Assembly (NCBI GenBank): GCA_900546695.1
Contig: URDX01000001.1
Span: forward strand, 15,441 to 79,440
Source of the DNA: an uncultured Eubacteriales bacterium
GTDB taxonomy: Bacteria; Bacillota; Clostridia; Oscillospirales; CAG-272
Reading direction: 5' to 3'
Length of the DNA stretch: 64,000 bases
In this document: one piece after another, positions 1 to 8,624 of the stretch
Layout: every line of letters starts with the position of its first letter
Position numbering within the stretch: position 1 is the first letter of the stretch
Notes under the pieces: model-generated
Told to the model about the DNA's origin: nothing
Seen by the model: only the letters and a program-made list of their open reading frames with translations
Database searches by the model: none
Made by a program: the position numbers and the translations under genes

Positions 1-2631
1 CAGTTTGAGCAGTACGGACGCAGATTTGTGCGGCACGGATGCACGGTGACGGACGATGAGATAACCGACCATGTGTGCGTGCGCGACGGCGAGTTGATCG
101 CCATTGAGGTGCCATATCAGAAAGACACGCAATATGCGGCGGTGCAGAATCCGATTCCGGAGGAACTGCTCGGCAAATATTTTGTGTACGACAGTGAGGC
201 AAAGGCATATCGCAGAAGCAAAGCGGCGATTTCTTCTGTCGTCACCTGCAAGGCGATACGCGAGAAGCTCTATACCAATGGTTTTGACATCGACGGCGTG
301 CATTATATGCGCTACAAGCGCAGTGCCGGTGCAAGCCGTGACGGGCGGTGCATGTTCATCGCCGAGCCGCTGTATGCCGACATGATGCAGTGGAGTGCGT
401 GCGGGCTGTCAGCGGATGATGTGACCGATCAGGCATCGTGGCAGGCGTACCTTTCCCTGACGATGAGCAGCATCGAAGGCACTATCCGGTTGCCGAAAAA
501 GGCGATTCTCATCATGCCGGATGCCGTCAGCACCTTTGAAACAGATGCGGTCAGCGTGGAAGAGACTGCCGACCACGACCTCACGGCGATCGAAAAGGAA
601 GTGACGGTCAGAAATAAAATTTGGGATGGGCAGGCGATGCTCGACATCAGCGTGTTTGAAGAAAACGGGTATGCCGACTACGGCATGGTGCTGTTGCGCA
701 ATCGCTTTTTCAAGACCTGCGCATTCAATACGAGGTTGCAGGAATGGTTTGCGGACAACGGCATTGCCAGCGTCAGTCAGCTTGCGGGCTATACCACGGC
801 GCGCGATATCAAGGACATCAAACTGGTTATCACCGAGAGCAGTCTGAAATATCTCAAATTCATGCCGCCGAAGACCTCCTATAAGAAGGGCTTCAAGCGA
901 TGGCTCGATGCCGCATACGAAGGAAAAGACGAATCGGTGTTCGGCGTTGTCAAGACAGACAAGCCCGCGCCGCTGATGAACGGGAGTATGGCGTATACCA
1001 ATTATCAGCTGATTAACACGCTCGGGCTTTCCTATGCGGGCATAGAAGAAAAGGTGCTGGCTGATTCATTTGATTACCTTGACAATATGTTGGCGGATTC
1101 CGCCTTTCTGCGTTACCACATTCACACGCCGGAGGCGGTGGCGAAAATGCAGAAAGACGAGATTCCCGATCTCGAAACCTACCGCATGGAAACGGTGCTC
1201 GACATGACCTGCCGCACGCCGTATTTTGAAAACACGGATTTTTATAAATCCTTCCGCCGTGAGACGGTGTCGCATTTCAAGGATCAGCTGAAGGACGGCA
1301 GAATTCCCGTCAGCGGCGGATATATGACGATGTTTGGCAACCCCTGCGAGTTCTTGTATGCGTTGATCGGTTGGTGGCGGGAGGGGGATGAGTCGGTCAC
1401 CTTCGGTGCGGAGGAAATCTTCACGACCGCTTTTCCGCTTGATCAGATTGTGCTTTGTTCCCGCAGTCCGCATATCACGATGGGAAATCTGTACCTCGCG
1501 CGAAACATGGGCAATGTTGAGATTACGGCTTACTTCTATCTGACGCCGAATATCGTTTGCGTCAATTCCATCGACAGCAATCTCTTGCACCGTCTGAACG
1601 GTTCGGACTTTGATTCGGACACACTGCTTGTCACCGATGAAGAGTGGCTTGTGCGTGGTTCCGCGCAATGCTATCAACCGTTGAAAGTTCCGGTATGCAT
1701 GTTGGAGCCTGCGGGTAAAGCGGAATACGCGGGTACGCCGTCGGGACTGGCAAAACTCGATTACGACATTGCCGAAAACAAAATCGGTGAGATCGTCAAC
1801 CTCTCGCAGTTTCTCAATTGCCTGTTCTGGGATCTGCTGTTCACGGGCAAAACCGACTACGAGCCGCTGCCGCTGTATTATGACATCTGCAAGCTCGCCG
1901 TCCTCTCCGGCATGGAGATCGACAAGGCAAAACGGATGTATGCGGTGGACACGGGCAAGGTATTACGGAAGCTCGGTGTGTATCGCCGAAAATATAAAGA
2001 GTCAAACGGCGGGCATCTGCCGGAATTCTTTCTCTCCATGACAGGAGGCAGCGATGGAGGAACGGGAGAAAACAAGGCACGACTCGACTGTCCGATGTCG
2101 TTTGTCTATGATGCGGTGAATGCTTACCGCGGCAAGGCAAAGAGCGTGAAAACGGTTCCTCTGTCAGAACTCTTTTCGCTTGACAACGGCGACTGCGGTG
2201 CCAACGATACGCACAAGAAGCAGAACATCATCAAGGCAGTGACGGAAGCCTTCTCACAGATCACAGCTTTGCAAACTGCGGCAAGCAAGTGCGAGGAGGA
2301 TGAGAAAGCGATCTATCGGAAAGAGGCGCAGGAAATTTATCTAAAATGCCTTGAAAAGGTATCCAAGAATGTGGTAAACGATCACATCCTCGCGATGCTT
2401 CTCTCCGAGATTGACCATCCTGATGATTCCCGCTACGAAATCAAGTCCTGCCGATATTTTCTCTTCTCCTGTCTTTTGTATGAGGAGAACCGCAGGTTGC
2501 TTTCCAAAGTGGAAACGCCGGAGGACTTCGTCCCTTACGACCTAATCCGGGTCGAACCCGAACTCGTTCCCGAAGGCTACCGCACGGAATGGATTTACGG
2601 CTTCCCTCATGCGCACCTGCTGATCAAATAA
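1..2631 (+). CDS. RdRP/YonO-family two-barrel (double-psi beta-barrel) polymerase homolog, 5' end cut by window edge
   Basis: The frame is open from nt 1, with no stop upstream of the GTG at 28. CSRSPHITMGNLY (nt 1456-1494) is followed about 45 aa later by NGSDFDSDTLLV (DFDSD at nt 1606-1620). This mirrors the R-x-P-x-h-x-G-D ... G-S-D-h-D-G-D catalytic loop of cellular RdRPs and of SPbeta YonO. Confidence 0.5.
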   Translation, partial: QFEQYGRRFVRHGCTVTDDEITDHVCVRDGELIAIEVPYQKDTQYAAVQNPIPEELLGKYFVYDSEAKAYRRSKAAISSVVTCKAIREKLYTNGFDIDGVHYMRYKRSAGASRDGRCMFIAEPLYADMMQWSACGLSADDVTDQASWQAYLSLTMSSIEGTIRLPKKAILIMPDAVSTFETDAVSVEETADHDLTAIEKEVTVRNKIWDGQAMLDISVFEENGYADYGMVLLRNRFFKTCAFNTRLQEWFADNGIASVSQLAGYTTARDIKDIKLVITESSLKYLKFMPPKTSYKKGFKRWLDAAYEGKDESVFGVVKTDKPAPLMNGSMAYTNYQLINTLGLSYAGIEEKVLADSFDYLDNMLADSAFLRYHIHTPEAVAKMQKDEIPDLETYRMETVLDMTCRTPYFENTDFYKSFRRETVSHFKDQLKDGRIPVSGGYMTMFGNPCEFLYALIGWWREGDESVTFGAEEIFTTAFPLDQIVLCSRSPHITMGNLYLARNMGNVEITAYFYLTPNIVCVNSIDSNLLHRLNGSDFDSDTLLVTDEEWLVRGSAQCYQPLKVPVCMLEPAGKAEYAGTPSGLAKLDYDIAENKIGEIVNLSQFLNCLFWDLLFTGKTDYEPLPLYYDICKLAVLSGMEIDKAKRMYAVDTGKVLRKLGVYRRKYKESNGGHLPEFFLSMTGGSDGGTGENKARLDCPMSFVYDAVNAYRGKAKSVKTVPLSELFSLDNGDCGANDTHKKQNIIKAVTEAFSQITALQTAASKCEEDEKAIYRKEAQEIYLKCLEKVSKNVVNDHILAMLLSEIDHPDDSRYEIKSCRYFLFSCLLYEENRRLLSKVETPEDFVPYDLIRVEPELVPEGYRTEWIYGFPHAHLLIK

Positions 2632-2644
2632 TTAAACAGTACAC

Positions 2645-2678
2645 AAGAGTGTCGAGAGATCGGCACTCTTATTTTTTT
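2645..2678 (+). terminator. Rho-independent terminator after the polymerase-like gene
   Basis: The hairpin aagagtgtcg/cggcactctt contains one G-U pair and is followed by attttttt. Confidence 0.7.
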
Positions 2679-2699
2679 CGGGGCTTGCCCCGAACCCCA

Positions 2700-2729
2700 C
2701 TTGAAACTTTCTTGAAAGAAAGTTTCAAG
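2700..2729. promoter_or_regulatory. Perfect 12-bp inverted repeat (candidate operator)
   Basis: CTTGAAACTTTC-ttgaaa-GAAAGTTTCAAG lies about 38 nt upstream of the wHTH gene start. Confidence 0.5.
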
Positions 2730-2766
2730 ACTTCAAAGAAGTTTACTGAAAAGGAGGAAACAATGA

Positions 2767-3207
2767 TTGAGCAAACAGTATAAAACATTTTATTACCACA
2801 ACGCCCGCGACATTCCCGGCGAATATTTTCCGATGCCGAAAAGCATCTTTCGCCTGGGGCTGACCGCGGGTGAAATTCTCGTGTACACCTATCTGATGTA
2901 CTGCGAAGACAGAAAAACCTTTCAGTGCCATCCGAGCTACGCCACCATCGGGGAGGCGGTGAACATGAGCAACAACACAGTGGCAAAACATGTGGAAGGG
3001 CTTGTGCGCAAGGGGCTGATTATCACCGAGCGCACGACCGTGAAAACACGGGACGGGCGCACGCACAACGGGAGCCTGCTCTATACGCTCTGCCCGCTTG
3101 CACCGGTGGAGCGGGCATATTTTGAAAAGCAGATCCAAGAAGCAACGGCGCGGTTGAACTTCAAAGCCGCGCTTGAAAAATACGAAAAAAGGAAAGGAGG
3201 CGCGTAA
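2767..3207 (+). CDS. Winged-helix/HTH DNA-binding protein of mobile element
   Basis: A TTG start lies 9 nt after AGGAGG. The segment ATIGEAVNMSNNTVAKHVEGLVRKGLI is HTH-like. This type of gene is typical of the regulatory/replication module of Firmicutes IMEs. Confidence 0.6.
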   Translation: MSKQYKTFYYHNARDIPGEYFPMPKSIFRLGLTAGEILVYTYLMYCEDRKTFQCHPSYATIGEAVNMSNNTVAKHVEGLVRKGLIITERTTVKTRDGRTHNGSLLYTLCPLAPVERAYFEKQIQEATARLNFKAALEKYEKRKGGA

Positions 3208-3208
3208 G

Positions 3209-3424
3209 ATGAAGCACTCGATTTACAAAACGCGGGAGGAGCTGCCGATGTATCTGACCGTGATGGATGTGGCAGACTTGCTCGGCATTTCCCGTGCCAG
3301 TGCTTACGAGCTGGTGCGGGAGCAGAACTTCCCGAAGCTGAAAATCGTGACGGGACGCATCATCATTCCGCGGGACAGGCTACTCGAATGGCTCGACGAG
3401 CAGACACGCTATGACAGGGTCTGA
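3209..3424 (+). CDS. xis: Excisionase-family (MerR-like HTH) DNA-binding protein
   Basis: The ATG at 3209 follows AAAGGAGG. The sequence LTVMDVADLLGISRASAYELVREQNFPKLKIVTGRIIIPRDRLLEWL matches the helix_turn_helix_17/excisionase pattern. Confidence 0.75.
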   Translation: MKHSIYKTREELPMYLTVMDVADLLGISRASAYELVREQNFPKLKIVTGRIIIPRDRLLEWLDEQTRYDRV

Positions 3425-3439
3425 CGGTCGATTATTTGG

Positions 3440-3660
3440 TAGCAGGATAAAGCCGTGTCTCGGACGCGGCAATTTACACCGCACGGCAACGCCGAGCGGG
3501 GATTTTACGGCGAAATACGGGGATTTTTGCGATTTTGCAAAAATAGCAACTGTGTCTCGCGTATGCCGAAACAGACTGCCTGCGGGTCTCAAACACGAAA
3601 ATCCCTTGGAAAATCGGGCTTTTTCCGTGTCTCAGACCGTAGGACAACGAAAACAGAAAG
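3440..3660. promoter_or_regulatory. Candidate oriT / relaxosome binding region
   Basis: This is a 245-nt non-coding gap directly upstream of the mobC-like/relaxase operon. It holds three direct copies of GTGTCTC (3455, 3552, 3627) and the inverted repeat tttttgc-gattt-tgcaaaaa (about 3525-3545). Confidence 0.35.
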
Positions 3661-3669
3661 GTTGAAATT

Positions 3670-4083
3670 ATGACAAAAGAAAAGCAAAATGACGCGATGC
3701 CGTCGAAAGGCGTCCGGCTTCGCGTCGATCAATGGGAGGACTGCGACAGGTTCTCCGAAACACTCAAAATGGCATCACGGAACGATTTTATCCGCGATGC
3801 CATTGATTTTTATCTGGAATATCTGCGGCGGAACAATTCTGTGAAGTTTCTCACGCCCGCGCTGGAGTCGGTTATTTCCGCCAAAGTGCGGGACAGTGAA
3901 GAACGTCTTGCCCGACTGCTTTTCAAGCTGGCAGTCGATCAGAATCTGCTCGCGCACGCGGTCGCGGACTGCTTTGAATTCAGTCCCGCAGAGATTGACA
4001 ACATGCGTATCGACTCGGTGCGCGAGGTCAAAGAAACAAACGGAACTATTCGCACGGATGAAATACTGAATACAAAGAGGTGA
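3670..4083 (+). CDS. Ribbon-helix-helix relaxosome accessory protein (MobC-like)
   Basis: It is a small protein immediately upstream of, and translationally close to, the relaxase gene. The N-terminal segment (VRLRVDQWEDCDRFSETLKMASRNDFIRDAIDFYL) is RHH-like. Confidence 0.55.
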   Translation: MTKEKQNDAMPSKGVRLRVDQWEDCDRFSETLKMASRNDFIRDAIDFYLEYLRRNNSVKFLTPALESVISAKVRDSEERLARLLFKLAVDQNLLAHAVADCFEFSPAEIDNMRIDSVREVKETNGTIRTDEILNTKR

Positions 4084-4088
4084 TTTTT

Positions 4089-5801
4089 ATGGCAAAACTG
4101 ATTTTGAAAGCTCCGTATTACAAGCAAGGCCACAAAACAGAGGACGGAAGAGGTCGCGGCGGTTACGCGGAATATATCGCAACGCGCGAAGGCGTGGAGC
4201 TATTGCGCGGCGGCATGGTGAACTATATCGGTCAGCGCAAAGGCTCCTGCGGACTGTTCTCGGACGAAGGCGTGACCGTTGACCTTGCGAAAGTCAGCCA
4301 GGAGATCGACAATCATCCCGGCAATGTGTGGGCATTGATCTTTTCATTGAAGCGGGAGGATGCCGAACGGCTCGGCTATAATTCCGCCGCACAGTGGATG
4401 AATCTGCTTCGTTCCCGCCGCAATGATATTGCAAAGGGAATGCACATCGCGCCCGAAAATCTTCGTTGGTATGCGGCGTACCACAACAAGGAAACCAATC
4501 CGCACGCGCATATGATGGTGTGGTCGCAGAATCCGCGCGAGCCGTATCTCTCGCAAGCGGGGATTCACGATATCAAAAAGGTGATGGTGGCGGACATTTT
4601 CCGTCAGGAACTGCTCTCGGTTTATCGCGGGCAAACGCAGGCGCGGGATGATCTGAAAGAGACATTTCGCGCAAAAATGCGGGAGCTGACCGCTAAAATT
4701 CGTGCAGGTGGGAATGAAATTTCTCCCGAGCTCTATCAGAAATTTGCGCTCCTCTGCGGAAAAATTTCTTCGCACAAGGGCAAAAAAGTCTACGGCTATC
4801 TGGATAAATCCGCAAAGCAGCTCACGAATGAAATCGTGAAACTGCTCTCGGCGGACGAAAAAATCGCGGAGTTATACGACCTGTGGTATCGCTGTCAGTG
4901 CGAGGTATATCGCACCTATACCGATGTCATGCCGGAGAAAATTCCGCTTGAGGAGAACAAAGAATTCAAATCTGTCCGCAACGAAGTGGTGCGTGCGGCG
5001 GCGGAAATTCTGTCTTTGCCGAGGCAACCCTTGCGTGAAATGCCCGAAGGAAAAATGCCTGAGGAAGACTTGAAGCTCCTTGAAATCCGCGCCGACTTCG
5101 GTGATGTCGATGCCTTGATCGCGCTCGGTCGGCATTATTACAAAAAGGCAGACGACGCGGACGAGGCAGAATATTTATGGAAAGTTGCCGCTGACAAAGG
5201 GAGTGCCGCGGCGATGTATCTGATTTACAAGGGCTACCGCGACGGAAAGCTTACCGACAAGCCGAGCGACAAAATGAAATATCTGCGCATGGCTGCGGAC
5301 AAAAATCACGCCTACGCGGAATATGAACTCGCCATGCAGACCGACAAACGGATGCCGAATGTGAAGCTGTCAAACCTCATGCGTGCGGCGGAACACGGCT
5401 GCACCGCGGCGGAATATGAGATCGGCAAGCTGTATTATGAGAACGGGCAGACCGAACAGGGGCTTGCTCACCTCGAAAAAGCTGCCGCATCCGACCTCTG
5501 GGCGCGCACGCAGGTCGGGCTGTTTTACTGCTATACGCGCGATGATTGGGAGCACGGAATGGAACTTCTGACCTCCGCCGCAGACGAAAACTATGCGCCA
5601 GCACAGGAGGCGATCCGAAATATTCAAATCGGACTGAATGCACAGATCTTCACGGGGCTGTGCGATCTTTTTTATTACGCCGCGAATATCATCGACGAGC
5701 GCGCGGAAGAAATTCAAACGCCGTCAGGGGAGCCCGTCATCAGCCGCAGACAACGCCGCGAGGAACAGGCGAAGCGGGACGGTGTGATGATGCAGATGTG
5801 A
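4089..5801 (+). CDS. MobL-type relaxase with C-terminal Sel1/TPR-like repeats
   Basis: The N-terminus reads LILKAPYYK...YAEYIATREGVE. The His-rich motif is HNKETNPHAHMMVWS. The C-terminal third has repeated A-x-G-x-x-x-A-x-Y-x-L-G Sel1-like units. The ATG at 4089 lies 8 nt after AAAGAGG. Confidence 0.7.
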   Translation: MAKLILKAPYYKQGHKTEDGRGRGGYAEYIATREGVELLRGGMVNYIGQRKGSCGLFSDEGVTVDLAKVSQEIDNHPGNVWALIFSLKREDAERLGYNSAAQWMNLLRSRRNDIAKGMHIAPENLRWYAAYHNKETNPHAHMMVWSQNPREPYLSQAGIHDIKKVMVADIFRQELLSVYRGQTQARDDLKETFRAKMRELTAKIRAGGNEISPELYQKFALLCGKISSHKGKKVYGYLDKSAKQLTNEIVKLLSADEKIAELYDLWYRCQCEVYRTYTDVMPEKIPLEENKEFKSVRNEVVRAAAEILSLPRQPLREMPEGKMPEEDLKLLEIRADFGDVDALIALGRHYYKKADDADEAEYLWKVAADKGSAAAMYLIYKGYRDGKLTDKPSDKMKYLRMAADKNHAYAEYELAMQTDKRMPNVKLSNLMRAAEHGCTAAEYEIGKLYYENGQTEQGLAHLEKAAASDLWARTQVGLFYCYTRDDWEHGMELLTSAADENYAPAQEAIRNIQIGLNAQIFTGLCDLFYYAANIIDERAEEIQTPSGEPVISRRQRREEQAKRDGVMMQM

Positions 5802-5902
5802 TTGATAACAAATTGATAACTCTTCGCCTCACCGCTGGATATTCACTCGAACCTGTGGTATCTTTGCAGTGGGCGAAAAAACTTACGAAAGGAAGAATAA
5901 CA

Positions 5903-7066
5903 ATGGCAAAACGAAGACCGCAAGGTGACGGCATGGTGCGCAAGCGTTTGGACGGACGATGGGAAGCGCGCATTGTGATCGGTCACAAAAACGACGGAAC
6001 ACCGATGCACAAATCGGTGTTCGGCAAAACGCAGAAAGAAACGCTCGACAAATTACACCGCGCGATTGAAACTTACCGCGATGTCGATCTCTGCGAGGAC
6101 AGCCGCATGACGCTCGGCGAATGGCTTGACAAGTGGCTGGACGAATATATGATCTTTACCCTGCGGGAGAGCACCATGCAGAGCTACCGCATGATGGTAA
6201 ACCACTATATCAAGCCCCACCTTGGCAAAAAGTCGCTGACATCGCTGACGACGGCGGATATTCAGAAACTTTACAACAAGCTCAAAAAGGAGGGGCGCGT
6301 TCGCGAAGACCCCATCAAAGGCAAAACACTTGCCGACAGCATGGTTCGCGGCATCCACATGATGCTCCATGAGGCGCTGGACGCGGCGGTGAAGGAACGG
6401 CTCATCGTGCGCAATCCCACAAACGGCACAACGGTGCCGAAGACAAATTATCCCGACAAGCAGGTGTTGGACGACGGTCAGCTTGAGAAATTTCTCGGCA
6501 TGATCGAAGCCTATCCCGATTGGCGGGATTTTTTCTACACGGAATGTATGACGGGACTGCGCCGCGGCGAGATCTGCGGGCTGAAATGGAGCGACATCGA
6601 CTTTGAAAACCGCCGTCTGCGGGTGGAACGGTCGCTTTCCGCCGTCACAAACGGCAAAATACAGATCGGCGAAACCAAAACGGGCGCGGGCAAACGGACG
6701 ATTGTCCTGCCGCCGACCCTTGCCGCACTGCTTGCCAAACGCAAGGGAAACGCGCTGAATGAGTGGGTATTCTACAATCCGTGCAACCCCAACCTGCCGA
6801 TAAATCCGGCATCAGCATACCAAAAACTGCACACGATCCTCAAAAATGCGGAACTGCCGCGAATCCGCTTTCATGATCTCCGTCACACCTTTGCCACCCA
6901 TGCAACGAAAGGCGGAGTAGATCCGAAAACGCTTTCGGGCATTCTCGGACACACCAACGCAAGCTTCACGCTTGACACCTATACGCACGTGACGGGCGAC
7001 ATGCAGAAAAACGCCGCCGCGATTGTCGGCGGCATGGTCAAAAAACTGAAATTGGAGGATGAGTAA
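5903..7066 (+). CDS. Tyrosine site-specific recombinase/integrase 1
   Basis: It begins MAKRRPQGDGMVRKRLDGRWEARIVIG, an arm-binding type N-terminus. Catalytic motifs are GLRRGEI, HDLRHTFAT and GHTNASFTLDTYTHV. The portion of ORF 5546-7066 upstream of 5903 overlaps the relaxase gene. Confidence 0.9.
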   Translation: MAKRRPQGDGMVRKRLDGRWEARIVIGHKNDGTPMHKSVFGKTQKETLDKLHRAIETYRDVDLCEDSRMTLGEWLDKWLDEYMIFTLRESTMQSYRMMVNHYIKPHLGKKSLTSLTTADIQKLYNKLKKEGRVREDPIKGKTLADSMVRGIHMMLHEALDAAVKERLIVRNPTNGTTVPKTNYPDKQVLDDGQLEKFLGMIEAYPDWRDFFYTECMTGLRRGEICGLKWSDIDFENRRLRVERSLSAVTNGKIQIGETKTGAGKRTIVLPPTLAALLAKRKGNALNEWVFYNPCNPNLPINPASAYQKLHTILKNAELPRIRFHDLRHTFATHATKGGVDPKTLSGILGHTNASFTLDTYTHVTGDMQKNAAAIVGGMVKKLKLEDE

Positions 7067-8515
7067 ATGGCAAAGAAAAAGCAAGGTGACGGCAGTGTCT
7101 TTCAACGCAAGGACGGGCGGTGGGAAGGCAGAATTGTCGTCGGCTACAAGGAAAACGGCTACGCCCAAACGAAAAATGTGACGGCGCACACCAAGACAGA
7201 GTGTCAGGAAAAGCTGGCGAAGTTGCGGGAGGAATGCGGACGGCGGAGCGAGAAAATCAAGCCGGACATGCCGTTCGGCGACTGGATTGACTTCTGGTAT
7301 CAGAATTATTCCGCACCCAAGCTCCGCCCGACCACACAGGCGTGCTATTCGGGAAGGATTTATACACACATCATCCCGTCTATCGGCAATATTCCGCTGA
7401 ACAAGCTGACGCAGAACGACCTGCAACAGTTTTACGCACGGCTCAAAAAGAGCGGACGGAAAAAGCATGTCGATAAATTCGGAGAAGGACTGTCCGACCG
7501 CATGGTGCGCTCCTGCCATACGACCTGCCGCACGGCACTTGAAAAAGCGGTAACCGAAGGGCTGATCCGCATCAATCCTGCAGCCGGGTGCAAGTTGCCA
7601 CCGAAAAAGGCAAAGGAAATGCAGGTGCTGACTCCGTCGGAAATCACGCGGTTTCTCATACAGACAAGAGAGGAGGGATATTACGAGTTCTTCCTTCTGG
7701 AGCTGACCACCGGCATGCGCCGAGGAGAAATTCTTGCGCTAAAATGGCGGGATATAAATCTGAAAACAGGCGAGCTTCACATCTCGCGGCAGGTGCTGAA
7801 GGTCAACGGAAAGGTGCTGATCTCCGCACCGAAAACGAAATCCTCCAACCGCATGATTCTGCTGCCGCCCGAAATGACAGAACTACTGGCAGAACTGAAA
7901 ACGCGAACCGACAGCGAGTGGATTTTCCCGTCACCGCTTGACCTCACGCAACCGCGTCACCCTTCGGCGGTCTATCATCGGTTTCAGAAGATACTGGAAC
8001 GCGCAAACTGCAAGCGGGTGCGGTTTCACGACCTGCGCCATACCTTTGCCACCATGGCGCTGGAAAACGGCATGGACATCAAAACGCTGTCTGCCATGAT
8101 AGGTCATGTCAGCGCGGAAACTACGCTCAATATCTATAGCCATATCACCGACACGATGCAACAGCAGGCGGCGGCGAGAATTGACCGCGAGATTGCGGGG
8201 GCTGATACGCCCATTCCCGAGCCGAACGCGACGGACAAGGCAAGTGACAGTGATGCAACCGATCAGCCGACAGAGCCGACATTTGAGCCGTATAAGGGCA
8301 AGATACGCAAACCCGGTACGGGTTGCGTGACGATGATAAACGACCACCTGTACGAGGGCAGGTTCTCCCCGCGCGTGAACGGCAAACGAATCGCCAGGAA
8401 TATCTATGCTACCACGCGGGAGGAGTGCGAGGAGAAGTTCAAAGTGCTGATTGCAGAGATGAAAAAGGAGATTGCGGAAATCAAGGCAGGAGAGAAAGCG
8501 ATAAATAAGGGCTGA
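7067..8515 (+). CDS. Tyrosine site-specific recombinase/integrase 2 with extra C-terminal arm-type-like domain
   Basis: It begins MAKKKQGDGSVFQRKDGRWEGRIVVG. Catalytic motifs are GMRRGEI, HDLRHTFAT and GHVSAETTLNIYSHI. The C-terminal segment LYEGRFSPRVNGKRIARNIYATTREECEEKF resembles a second N-terminal-type arm-binding domain. Confidence 0.9.
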   Translation: MAKKKQGDGSVFQRKDGRWEGRIVVGYKENGYAQTKNVTAHTKTECQEKLAKLREECGRRSEKIKPDMPFGDWIDFWYQNYSAPKLRPTTQACYSGRIYTHIIPSIGNIPLNKLTQNDLQQFYARLKKSGRKKHVDKFGEGLSDRMVRSCHTTCRTALEKAVTEGLIRINPAAGCKLPPKKAKEMQVLTPSEITRFLIQTREEGYYEFFLLELTTGMRRGEILALKWRDINLKTGELHISRQVLKVNGKVLISAPKTKSSNRMILLPPEMTELLAELKTRTDSEWIFPSPLDLTQPRHPSAVYHRFQKILERANCKRVRFHDLRHTFATMALENGMDIKTLSAMIGHVSAETTLNIYSHITDTMQQQAAARIDREIAGADTPIPEPNATDKASDSDATDQPTEPTFEPYKGKIRKPGTGCVTMINDHLYEGRFSPRVNGKRIARNIYATTREECEEKFKVLIAEMKKEIAEIKAGEKAINKG

Positions 8516-8537
8516 CCGAGGTCAGCCCTTAAAAATT
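8509..8537 (+). terminator. Hairpin overlapping the int2 stop codon (weak terminator)
   Basis: The hairpin is gggctgac-cgag-gtcagccc, followed by ttaaaaatt. Confidence 0.45.
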
Positions 8538-8624
8538 GCGGTGCAGTAGGCAAAAAAACGGAAAGAGTGAATGGCGGTCATTTTGCGGTCGCCATTCTTT
8601 AGGTTTAGAGATCCGATTTTTCAA

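Larger units (their letters stand above)
1..8537 (+). mobile_element. Integrative mobilizable element (partial; left end outside window, right end uncertain)
   Basis: The co-oriented modules are polymerase-like, wHTH, Xis, RHH, MobL relaxase and two integrases, with no T4SS genes. The tRNA-Pro 3' end at 10340 faces the element. Confidence 0.75.

Noticed and set aside
5546-5902. The upstream extension of the integrase-1 ORF.
   Set aside because: It overlaps the 3' end of the relaxase gene in another frame. The canonical integrase N-terminus (MAKRRPQGDG...) starts at 5903.
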